DNA of 64,000 bases from Octopus sinensis. Taxonomy: Eukaryota. The position numbers and the translations under genes are program-made. The DNA lies in contig NC_042998.1 in NCBI RefSeq assembly GCF_006345805.1, positions 6,076,001-6,140,000 on the forward strand, in the 5' to 3' direction. The notes beneath the pieces are model-generated. The model made no database searches. It was not told the origin of the DNA and worked only from the letters and a program-made list of their open reading frames with translations. This document shows, in pieces, positions 38,983-50,786 of this stretch (position 1 is the stretch's first letter; every line of letters starts with the position of its first letter).

Positions 38983-39254
38983 ATTGCAAAAATAGCAGTA
39001 TCTTTCTTTTTTATATTCCATAACAAACTTTAATTCTTCATAAAATTTTTTAAATGTTTTTTTTCAATAAACCCATTTCAAGAAATTATCAAGCAGGCCT
39101 CAAGATTAGAGTCTCAGGTTGGCCAGCCCTGGACGAGAGATAAATTTGCTATGATCAACTGATGTTTTTTTTTTTGTTTTGTTTTGTTTTTTCAGCTGGT
39201 AATTGGAAATTGCTAGTTTCACCTGTTACCTGATGATGAAAAAGAACCCTTCAC

Positions 39255-39450
39255 ATATTTATATATGGTTCAAATGTATAGAAAACAAAAGACAAAGACA
39301 GGGTGAGGGGAATGACAAGCAGGTGTACTAGTTTGACGCTCAGGAAACGCAGAAAGGTCCTTGATGTTTCGAGTCTATGCTTTTGAACAGAAAGGGAAAA
39401 AAATGGCAGGAGAGAGTGAGAGAAACAGAGAAAAAAATTTACTGGCAATA
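39255..39450 (-). mobile_element. Penelope-like pLTR fragment with a decayed hammerhead-like motif
   Basis: Homologous to 61965-62110; - strand CTGTTCA-AAAGCATAGACTC-GAAACATC. Confidence 0.55.
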
Positions 39451-40150
39451 ACAGTTTAACATGATGAAATGATTCATATGATTATATTATATATATATAT
39501 ATTCTTTTATTCTTTAACTTGTTTCAGTCATTTCACCATGCAGGAGCACCGTCTTTAGACGAACAAATTGACCCCAGGACTTATTCTTTCTAAGCCTAGT
39601 ACTTATTCTGTCAGTCTCTCTTGCCACACTATTAAGTTACAGTGACATAAACACACCAACATTGGTTGTCAAGCAATGGTGGGAGGACAAACACAGACAT
39701 ACAAATACATAATATATATATATAAATATATATAAAATTTTCCCAGTATTAGCATCCTAAGTTTCTTAGTGTCTTGCCCCTTTAACTGGTAATTAACATC
39801 ATGATTTAAAGTCTACCCCTACCCAGCCTCTATTTTATAGAGTTACTTCTATCAAATTGACTCTTTCCTAATGTCTTATTTCCTTCTCTTGGGGGGAAAG
39901 GTGATACCTATGGTAATATTTATGACCATGCCAAGCCATGAACTCTGAACTCACTCTTGTTCTTTATTCAAAACAGACAGTCTTCTAGTCTCAGGTTTAA
40001 CAGATGATATAAAGAGATAAATAAATTAGAAATAAATTACGACCCTTACAACACTATGACCCCACTACGCTCCATGCGATTCCCAAGAAATTGTAGTCTA
40101 TTCTTAGCTACTCTGCTACAACAGCGACAACATGAATTTCTTCAATCTTC

Positions 40151-40368
40151 TTACTCTCTTTTACTCTTTTACTAGTTTCAGTCATTTGACTGTGGCCATG
40201 CTGGAGCACCACCTTTAGTTGAGCAAATTGACCCCCAGGACTTATTTTTGTAAGCGTAGTACTTATTCTATCGGTCTCTTTGCCGAACTGCTAAGTTACA
40301 GGGACGTAAACACACCAGCATCAGTTGTGAAGTGATGTTGGGAGACAATCACAGACACACATACATAT

Positions 40369-40426
<58 letters not shown>

Positions 40427-40551
40427 TATATGACGGTCTTCTTTCAGTTTCCGTCTACCAAATCCACTCACAAGGCTTTGGTTGGCCCAAGGCCATAGTA
40501 GAAGACACTTGCCCAAGGTGCCACACAGTGGGACTGAACCCGGAACCATGC
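40151..40551 (-). mobile_element. SINE family A
   Basis: Near-complete copy in reverse. Confidence 0.9.
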
Positions 40552-42565
40552 GGTATCCTGAATCTGTAGTATATATTGAGGGAAGAAAATTCTAAATATG
40601 GAACTATAATCTAAAAGTAAGAGGTACTGAAGGAAATATGACAGATTAATTTATAAGTAAGTAGGAGAGAAAGAACACAAGAACCTACTGCCAACAGTGA
40701 AATGACCGTGATCTAATGCAGACAAGGACAAAGTAGAAAGTATGTATGGTGGACAAGAGACGTAGTGGGACCACAGGTAGATTACCAGAAATGCAGGCAT
40801 CATATAGGACAGGTGCACAAGAGCAATAATGGCTCACTGGAAAGAGAATCCCTGACATGTTCCCACACACACAAAAACAGATGCAAACTTGTACATTTTA
40901 TAAACCAATATATTTTAACTTTGGTTAGTCTAGAAGTTAAAATTTTTTAAAGAGGTGACATGGTTGTTATTCTTTATGCATCTGCTATTTGATTTTGGTA
41001 GGGCAGTGTGTGTGCACGTGTATTTGAGTGGCCTCACGTGTACATATGCATGCATGACCCAATAGCACAAGAATGGACATTTCTATGTTCATATTCAATT
41101 ATTCTAGCACCAGCAATTATTGTTTGTGAAGATAGCATATTCGTGAACAGGTATCTTTGCAACTGTCCAAATTCTATGTAATTCCATCAGTCAGCAGAAG
41201 AATTTTTCTACTTCTCATTCCCAAACAAAGCATATGTGTGTATAAAACACACACACACACATACATACATGCACACACAAGTGTTTGTAGACACATGCAT
41301 GTCTGTGTCTGTATGCATGTTTTATATATAATTCTCAAGTGAATATGAATATGTCAGCATATATCTGTATGCATGTATGTATATGTTTGCATGGGTGTAT
41401 ATATATATATATGCACACACACACACACATACTTATATGTATGTGTTTGTGTGCACACATGCCTGCAGAGACACACAAAAAAGAGTACACATACACACGT
41501 TGACATCTTTTCCTGGATGTTTATTTCATAAGAAGACCCCCTATGTAAGAAAACTTAATCAAGTAACATTATTACCTGCTGACAGATGATGGCTATAAGG
41601 CTCACTTACTATAACCAGCAAAAGTTTACATGCACGAAGCAAAAACATGAAATTTCTCACCAATTATAGACGCACACTGCTGGTTAAATTGAATGACCTG
41701 TCCAGGCAACTGCTGGCAATATAGTAAACTGTTGTAAGTATTCTTTCCATAAAGTAGACTACAATAATTCCAGTTGTGTAAGGCCAAAGTGTGTGTGTTT
41801 GTAGGTGTGGGCATGGGATAGCTTCTGGTTATGTAAATGTCATTCTAGGTAATGTATAAATTCTGACCACCGGGGTTAATCAAATATCAAATATATCAAA
41901 GAAGTAAAATTGAATTAATTATTTGTAGTAATTAGGTATTCTCTTTATTGACTAAACTATTTTTCGTTAAGATACCAAACCAAAAACAAAAAACAAAAAT
42001 AAATAAATAAATATATAAAAAAAGAAAAGCAAAGTGAGAAATGAAAATTCTCAGGAAAATGTCTGCAGATTTGAAATTCTCAGGATGAAGACTTAGTGGA
42101 AATACATATTCAATTCTAGGGTTAATTAAATACATTTGAGAAGTTTTAACGATAATATATTTCTCAGGCATATTACTTTATAGAGAAGGAAAGAGGATGC
42201 ATGCATTTGATTTCAACACAGTCAACTTGCAGTACTTGCTCATGTTTTAGTATGTATTAGTATAGACGGGTGTGGCTGTGCGGTAAGAAGCTTGCTTCCC
42301 GATCATGTGGTCTTCAGTTCAGGCTCACTGCTTGGTACTTAAGGCAAGTGTCTTCTACCGTAGCTCTGAGTTGATCAAAGTCTTATGAGTGGATTTCATA
42401 GACAAACTGAAAGCCTGTTGTGTGTATGTGTGCATGTATCTGTGTTTGGACAATCAGTGATGGTTTGTTTATGTTCCTGTAACTTAACAGTTCAGCAAAT
42501 GGTACCCAACAAAATAAGTACCAGGCTTAAAAATAAGTTCTCAATCAAGTGGAATAGATTTTTAA

Positions 42566-42791
42566 ACCTTTAGCAATTGGCTTACTTTATCAAATCCAAT
42601 GTTTGTTTATTCACATCATTTTGAATTAATCTTGCATTATCTTCAAGATAAGCTTCAAGATTTTAACGATGGAATTTTCTATTTTTGGAAGGACATTGTA
42701 GAGGAGGGTGTGAGAGGCCAGATCTAGCCAGTTTAAATGTAAAACAGGTAGAATATTTGGGCTGAAAATGGTTGGTTTAAATGCTAAAGGG
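42566..42791. mobile_element. piggyBac-like MITE family D2
   Basis: TTAA|acctttagca ... tgctaaaggg|TTAA. Confidence 0.8.
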
Positions 42792-43013
42792 TTAAGAGTT
42801 GTAACGTTGACCTGTAGGTTATCTGAAGGTCTCTAAAGGTCAAAGTTAACTACGTATCTACATATATAGGTGCCAGTTTGGGCAATATTTTCTGAAGAAG
42901 AGCATCATCTAAACATACATGTAAATGTTGCTTCTCTACAAGACTGATGTTTATTAATAGAAAAGGCTGCTAACCTGTGCCTGTAAAGCTGTGTACCAGT
43001 TTTGTTAGAGATA

Positions 43014-43235
43014 TATTTCTTTATTGCCCACAAGGGGCTAAACATAGACGGGACAGACAAAGGGATTAAGTCAATTACATAGACTCCAGTGTGTAACTGG
43101 TACTTAATTTATCGGCCCCGAAAGGATGAAAGGCAAAGTCAACCTCGGCGGAATGTGAACTCACAACGTAACGGCAGACGAAATGCGGCTACGCATTTCA
43201 CCTGGCGTGCTAACGTTTCTGCCAACTCGCCGCCT
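43014..43235 (-). mobile_element. SINE family C
   Basis: 12-bp TSD ttgttagagata. Confidence 0.9.
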
Positions 43236-44377
43236 TTGTTAGAGATAGCTGTTAGAATGCCTAGAGTTAGATCAGATGCCACAAGACATCTTGCCCACCC
43301 CTTTGTATTTATCCTTTGGGGTGGTGCTTTTGTCACCCCCAAAAGGGTGAGAGCAAAAATAGGCATCTACATTAACAATGAGCAACAGTTGTAGGGCTAG
43401 TCTAACGTAGCTTAATTACAACGAAGCAGACAGTGTGCTGTTTAGAAGTAGCAGAATAGTTAACTGTAGAATAATAAGAGAGGGATGAGAAGAATTACAG
43501 TTTGTAAGAACAATGAAAGAAAATGGTAAACAGCGCAGATGGAAATTACATTAATCCAAATACCGCCTAATTTTAATAAAAGAAGCAATTCAAATAAATA
43601 AAGAGAATATTTTGGAAATGATAAAACAACCAGAAATGCAAATGCAAACTAAAGTTTCTTATATTCTGTATTTTCAAATAATGAATAAATACATGTATAA
43701 TTGGTAAGTGGTGCAGAGATAACAATAGAAAGTTCTAGACACAGATTTAATTGTTTCCAAAGAAGATTAAATTAGAACAAAAGTATAAAGATTTTTGAAT
43801 TGTGCTGGTAGAGTTGGCAGAGTTTCCAATGAAGGTTAGCTTCATATTTACAACAACAAATGTGCAACCTACACACACTCTGCAAAAAAGGTTCTTCGAT
43901 GCTGAAATAGCTTGTGGTAACTATCTTATGTTACTATTGCTGCTACTCCCATGTCCTTGATAAGCTGATAATGGGTTTAGCTATGCCATTCACGTGAAAT
44001 CATTGACCGAAGTTAAAGCTACAGACAGACCAAGTTGTTCTAATAAATCTCCGGTTCACACCAATATTTGCTACAAACCATATTCTATGCAGAAGAATCA
44101 CTTCATACAAGACTTAGTAACAAGATTCTCATTAATTACTTTACCTGATAAAGGTAGCATGCTGGCAAAATCATTATACACACCTGACAAAATGCTAAGT
44201 GGCATATTGTAAGTCTTTAGATTCTGAGTTCAAATTCCACCAAGGTCAACATTGCTTTCCATTGTTTTGCAGTCAATGAAGTAAGTACGAGTTATGCACT
44301 GACATTGATGTAACTGACTAGCTTCCAACACCACTAAAATTGCAGGCCTTGTGCCAAAATTTAAAACCATTATTACT

Positions 44378-44564
44378 AGGCGCAGGAGTGGCTGTGTGGT
44401 AAGTAGCTTGCTAACCAACCACATGGTTCTGGGTTCAGTCCCACTGCGTGGCATCTTGGGCAAGTGTCTTCTGCTATAGCCCCGAGCCGACCAATGCCTT
44501 GTGAGTGGAGTTGGTAGACGGAAACTCAAAGAAGCCTGTCGTATATATGTATATATATATATAT

Positions 44565-44595
<31 letters not shown>

Positions 44596-44804
44596 TTGTG
44601 TGTCTGTGTTTGTCCCCATAGCATTGCTTGACAACCGATGCTGGTGTGTTTACGTCCCCGTCACTTAGCGGTTTGGCAAAAGAGACCGATAGAATAAGTA
44701 CTGGGCTTACAAAGAATAAGTCCCGGGGTCGATTTGCTTGACTAAAGGCGGTGCTCCAGCATGGCCGCAGTCAAATGACTGAAACATGTAAAAGAGTAAA
44801 GAGT
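44378..44804 (+). mobile_element. SINE family A (preceded by a decayed + strand SINE C at 44150-44375)
   Basis: Complete copy. Confidence 0.9.
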
Positions 44805-45150
44805 ATGCTGATAGTCTTGGTTTCACTAATTACAAAGGATGTTATATTTGCTGTGTGCTTTATGTGTATAAAAAAAACTTTTTCTTTTTTAACCCTTTTT
44901 TTTTTTTATTCAAGAGGAAAAGTAGTGCTTCTGACCCTTTACAGCACCTCTGAGGCTGGTGGGAGGGAGAGAGACAGGAAGGTATTTTGAAGCCGGAAAC
45001 CAGGTCAGAATACTTGCAACAGTGATGGGCAACAGATTAAGCCGTCTACCTAAGGAAGCCACAAAGGAATTAGAACTCAGAATGAAAGAGCAGGAGCAAA
45101 TTATGTAAGACCCATAGTCCAATATTTTTATGGTCTCACCAATCTACTTC

Positions 45151-45361
45151 CTCTTTTTACTCTTTTACTTGTTTCAGTCATTTGACTGTGGCCATGCTGG
45201 AGCACAGCCTTTAGTTGAGCAAATTGACCCCAGGATTTATTCTTTCAGTTTCCATCTACCAAATCCATTTGCAAGGCTTTGGTCAGCCCGGGGCTATAGT
45301 AGAAGACACTCGCCCAAGGTGCCACACAGTGGGACTGAACCCGGAACGATGTGGTTGGTAA
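45151..45361 (-). mobile_element. SINE family A with an internal deletion
   Basis: 3' and 5' halves joined at TTCTTT. Confidence 0.85.
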
Positions 45362-46017
45362 TACTTCTTGTTTTGGTGGGATATGTGTCAAGAGAGTAGG
45401 AAGCAGCGACTGGAGTTTGTAGACTGGTGAGGAGATACACTGATATTTTGGTATATACTTGTCTATACAAGTTCTGTGTATGAATGAGAGAGAGGGGGAA
45501 GGGAGATAGAGAGAACAAAGGAAAGGGGCCACGTTTGTGCATCCTTCTCTTGACATTGCATGATTGTTGTAAATGAGAGTTGCCATTATTGAGGCAGTGT
45601 CTTTCGCTTCCAATTTTCTGTGAAAACATGTTAACGCATGGGGAAATATGAAATTACATAGAAACAGGGAAATATGACATTACATGGAAACTGCGCATGG
45701 AGAAGTGGACATTAAGAAAATGATGATGATTACGGTGATGATGATAACCCTTGAAATACACTACACTTGCGGAAAAAATATACACAGGATGACCACAAGT
45801 GGAATGTCCTTGATCAAAGAACAGCTTAGCCAGATCAAACCAGTGGCTACAGAACAAACAGCAATGGAAGTTAGAATGTTGGGAAGCGGAGGTAAAAATA
45901 GTATTGACCCTCATATTATCATAATTGCAATGATGAATACAAGCATAATGATTGTTTCAGCAATTCCCAAGGCTCTCCGAAACACAATAGTATTACAAAT
46001 GTGATACAATGATGGAT

Positions 46018-46421
46018 AGGCGCAGGAGTGGCTGTGTGGTAAGTAGCTTGCTAAAACCAACCACATGGTTCCGGGTTCAGTCCCACTGCGTAGCATCTTG
46101 GGCAAGTGTCTTTTACTATAGGCCCGGGCCGACCAATGCCTTGTGAGTGGATTTGGTAGACTGAAACTGAAAGAAGCCTGTCGTATATATGTATATATAT
46201 ATGTGTGTGTGTGTGTTTCTGTGTGTGTGTTTGTCCCCCTAGCATTGCTTGACAACCGATGCTGGTGTGTTTATGTCCCCGTCACTTAGTGGTTCGGCAA
46301 AAGAGACTGATAGAATAAGTACTGGGCTTACAAAGAATAAGTCCTTGGGTCTAGTTGCTCGACTAAAGGCGATGCTCCAGCATGGCCGCAGTCAAATGAC
46401 TGAAACAAGTAAAAGAGTAAG
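46018..46421 (+). mobile_element. SINE family A
   Basis: Complete copy. Confidence 0.9.
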
Positions 46422-46899
46422 ATTATAACAAATCAGTTTAGAATGCTGGCACAAGGCCAACAAGTTTAGGGTAAAGGGCACGTTGATTACATCAAACCCA
46501 GTGCTTAACTGATACTTATTCTTTTGAGCCTGGAAAGATGAAACGCCAAGGTGGCCTTGGTGGAATTTGAACTCAGAATTTAGAGAGGGAGAAAATTCCG
46601 GTAAGCATTTTACCTGACATGCTAATAACTCTACCAGCTCACCCCACTTAACGAAAAATAATGTATCAATCAGGAGACGGTCTCACTCACAAAAGAAATA
46701 TAACAGCGATTACTGAAAGTTGAAGTGCGGCTGTGTGGTAAGAAGCTTGCTTCTCAAACACATGGTTCTTGGTTCAGTCCCACTGCATGACACTTGGGTA
46801 AGTGTCTTCTATAATAGCCTTGGGCCAACCAAAGCCTTGTGAATGGATTTGGTAGAAGGAAACAAAAAGAAGTCTTACAGTTCTATAATTAAGAGATGA

Positions 46900-47060
46900 G
46901 GAATTATGTACATTAATTACATTTGACGGATACTTGTCCTCATCTTGTTTGTTGTTAAGACACCTGATGAAGGCTGGAGGGTATATCAGCCGAAATGTTG
47001 TGTTAACAACAAACAAGATGAAGACAAATATCCATCAAACGTAAATAATGTAAATAATGA
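46900..47060 (+). mobile_element. Penelope-like element terminal (pLTR) fragment with an inverted 5' segment
   Basis: ~50-bp inverted arms around a hammerhead core; (GTAAATAAT)n-type end. Confidence 0.7.
46959..47004 (+). ncRNA. Minimal type I hammerhead ribozyme motif
   Basis: GACAC-CUGAUGA-A-GGCUG(gagggtatat)CAGCC-GAAA-UG-UU-GUGUU: intact core, 5-bp stem II, stem I GACAC/GUGUU, loopless stem III. Confidence 0.8.
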
Positions 47061-47409
47061 AAGAAGTCTGTTGTAGATATATATATATATGTGTGTGTGT
47101 GTGTGTCTATGATTGCTATAGAAGACGGAAAGCGAAAGAAGTCCATCGTGTGTGAGTGTGTGTGTTTGTTCATTCACTGCCACCAACAGACAACCAGTGT
47201 TGGTTTGTTTACATTCCCATAACCTAGTAGTTTGGTTATAGAGGCCAATATAATAAGCATTTGACTCAAAATTTAGATCCCTTTCAAATAGGGAATCTGT
47301 ATTACAGGATCAAAGGTGGTTTCAGACAGGCTAGTGTCATTAACAGCATCAAACTGCAAAGGTTATTATGGCCAATGCACCTTCATCCAGACCAGTTTCA
47401 ACAAATACG

Positions 47410-47614
47410 CTTTTACTTGTTTCAGTCATTCTGACTGTGGCCCAGCTGGAGCATCGCCTCTAGTCGAGCAAATCGGGCTCAGGACTTCTTCTTCTGAAAG
47501 CCTAGTACTTATTCTATCGGTCTCTTTTGCTGAACCACTAAGTTACGGGGACATAAACACACCACCATCGGTTGTCAAGTGATGTTGGAGGGACAAACAC
47601 AGACACACAAACAT

Positions 47615-47661
<47 letters not shown>

Positions 47662-48017
47662 CCTGTGCTGGTGGCACGTAAAAAGCACCCACTGCACTCA
47701 TGGAGTGTTTGGCGTTAGGAAGGGCATCCAGCCGTAGAAACATTGCCATATCAAACTGGGCCTGGTGCAGCCTTCTGGCTTCCCAGACCCCAGTTGAACC
47801 GTCCAACCCATGCTAGCATGGAAAGCGGATGCTAAACGATGATGATGATGATGATATATATATATGATGGGCTTCTTTCAGTTTCCGTCTACTAGATTCA
47901 CTCACTTTGGTCGGCCCAAGGCTATAGTGGAAGACACTTGCCCAAGGTGCCACACAGTGGGACTGAACCCGGAACCATGTGGTTGGTAAGCAAGCTACTT
48001 ACCACACAGCCACTCCT
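47410..48017 (-). mobile_element. SINE family A with family B (47661-47855, +) inserted in its central microsatellite
   Basis: Collinear A halves flanking B. Confidence 0.88.
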
Positions 48018-48647
48018 AAAAGAACAAAACTTCTCTTGGAGTACTACAGAAACTTAATGTAAACTTCCTTCTGTCACCAACTTTTGAAGACTGATCAGCA
48101 CTTAAAACTGTTAAATATAGTTGTAAGCATTTAAAAACATAAAAGTACACCAGAACAAAGCCAAATAACCATCTAATGCTGGTTAAGACTATAATTAGAT
48201 TAAATCAAATTTAATTAAATGTCTAAACGTCTGAGATAGGATTACCGAGATAATAATTTTTATGAATACAGAATCCCATCTTAAGATACTGAAAACTTTT
48301 TTTTTTTCAAATATTTACATCGGCACTGGGTTTCATTTCATTTCTGATCTTCGACAGACATCTAATTTGTGGATATGTGTATGACCATCTCGGCAGTATT
48401 AAAACACTTGTACAAGGCCAGAGACTGGAGCCCTCTACTATTTACCAATTGATGGCATAGCTCATCATCATGGAGAACTCCCAACTGTGTTCATATCTTC
48501 CGACAGTACTGTATGTACAAAGCACGAAACAAAATTTCTAAACAAGACATTATTAACTTGCAAATGAATTTCTAGAGCTATTTTACCCTTTGTTTATATA
48601 CACACACAAGTATACATTTATAGATATGTATAAATATACACATACAT

Positions 48648-49111
48648 AGGAGTGGTTGTGTGGTAAGTAGCTTGCTTACGGACCACACGGTTCCAGGTTC
48701 AGTCCCACTGTGTGGCACTTTGGGCAAGTGTCTTCTACTATAGCCTCGGGCTGACCAAAGCCTTGAGTGGATTTGGTAGATGGAAACTGAAAGAAGCCTG
48801 TCATGTATATCCATATATCTATATCTATCTATCTATCTGTATCTATCTTATCTATCTATCTATCTATATATATCATCATCATCATCATCATCATTTAGCG
48901 TCCGTTTTCGCTAAATGATGATGATGATGATGATGATATATATAGATAGATAGATAGATAAGATAGATACAGATAGATAGATAGATATAGATATATGGAT
49001 ATACATGACAGGCTTCTTTCAGTTTCCATCTACCAAATCCACTCAAGGTTTTGGTCAGCCCAAGGCTATAGTAGAAGACACTTGCCCAAAGTATATATAT
49101 ATATATTATAT

Positions 49112-49198
<87 letters not shown>

Positions 49199-49398
49199 TG
49201 TGTTTGTCCACCCAACATCGGTTGACAACCAATGATGGTGTGTTTACGTCCCCGTACCTTAGCGGTTCGGCAAAATAGACTGATAGAATAAGTACTAGGC
49301 TTACAAAGAATAATTCCTGGGGTCGATTTGCTTGACTAAAGGCGGTGCTCCAGTATGGCCACAGTCAAATGACTGAAACAAGTAAAAGAGTAAAAGGG
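48648..49398 (+). mobile_element. SINE family A containing a fold-back inverted duplication
   Basis: Family match; see 48717-49092. Confidence 0.85.
48717..49092. repeat. 184-bp near-perfect inverted repeat with an 8-nt spacer
   Basis: 48717-48900 is the reverse complement of 48909-49092, including microsatellite irregularities. Confidence 0.92.
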
Positions 49399-49959
49399 TA
49401 TACAAGCACACGTGTGCACACTAAAACACATATGCATACATTTTTGACAGTGAAGATCTATTCAATGTCGAGAATAAATTTTCCAGAGGAATATGTGCAA
49501 CAGACAATAGTAAGCTAATCAATTTTTTGAATAATAGTGATAATTTATTTTATCATCCACAAGATAAGCTAAGCCTCTTTCAACAGTGAATTCGAAGACA
49601 GACCAGCAGGGTATCAAAATCCATATGACAAATTACTTACTGCACTCAAAGACAAAAATCAGTTCATTGAAAAAGAATAACGGAATGAAATTTAGAGCAT
49701 AAAACAAGTCAATGAACATCTAGCAAAAGGAAAAAAAAAATTCAAAAAAGATGGAGAAAGGGAGAAAGAGAGAGCAAGAATTTTGTGGATATTATTATTA
49801 AGACTCTGTAAGCCAGCAAGCAGACAGACAGAATCATTAGTGTGACAGACAATATGTTTAGAGGCTTTATGCTTATCTAGCTTTAAATCCTGGATTTAAA
49901 TTGCACCAAGGTTGTCTTTACTTTCCGTCCTTTTGGGACTGATGATATAAAAACTAGTT

Positions 49960-50786
49960 GGATCTTCACTCTTTGAACAACAGATCAAGAAATTAATTTT
50001 TGTAACTAAACACTTTCAAACTTCGGACACTGGTAGAACATGTCATATAAAACATCTTTTACTCTTAATGTTTTTGAGAAAAGTTTGTATTTTCAAAGTT
50101 ATTTCATGTTAAAGTAGTCGTATTTTGGTAATTTCAACCAATCAATGACGTGTATTCAGCTGAATAAAATTACTGCTGTTGTTTGTCAACAACTTCCGGC
50201 GGTGTATATTCCATTTATGACATATTTCATCTCAGTTACGTTTGTATAAATAAACGAGTGTATTTGAAGCATGTTTACTTCATGGCACCACTACAATCGT
50301 TCGTGCATTTCTACTGCTTTTAGTTTTTTTTCCCTGTTTTCCAGCTACTATTTTCGGAAAGACTCGCCCCCTCCAATTACTTCATTTTTCACTTTTTTCC
50401 GTAACTCTAACCCTAAAATCCCAACCCTAACCCTAAAACCTTAACCTTAACCATAAAACCCTAACCCTAAAACCCTAAAGCTAAAATCAGTACAAATGTA
50501 GGTACAATGTCATAAATAACAGTGACAAACGGAAAATACACTGTCAATAGTTGTTGACAAACAACGGTAGTAATTTTATTCAGCTGAATACATGTCATTG
50601 ATTGGTTGAAATTACCGAAATACGACTACTTTAACACAAAATAATTTTGAAAATACCAACTTTTCTCAACAACATTAAGAGTAAAAGATGTTTTATATGA
50701 CACATTCTACCAGTGTCCGAAGTTTGAAAGTGCTTATAGTTACAAAAAATTAATTTCTCGATCTGCCGTTGAAAGGGAAAAGATCC
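49960..50786. mobile_element. Fold-back MITE with ~250-bp TIRs (GGATCT...AGATCC) and a telomere-like (CCCTAA) core
   Basis: Arms reverse-complementary; imperfect 8-bp flanking duplication aactagtt/taccagtt; second copy at 55979-56584. Confidence 0.85.

Noticed and set aside
39760-40140. Possible solo LTR
   Set aside because: No clear TG...CA pair with a TSD and no second copy in the window
45684-46004. 106-aa ORF in unique sequence
   Set aside because: No recognisable motif, non-ATG track start, no splice context
50405-50480. Telomere or chromosome-fusion site
   Set aside because: Degenerate, short and internal to a multi-copy MITE
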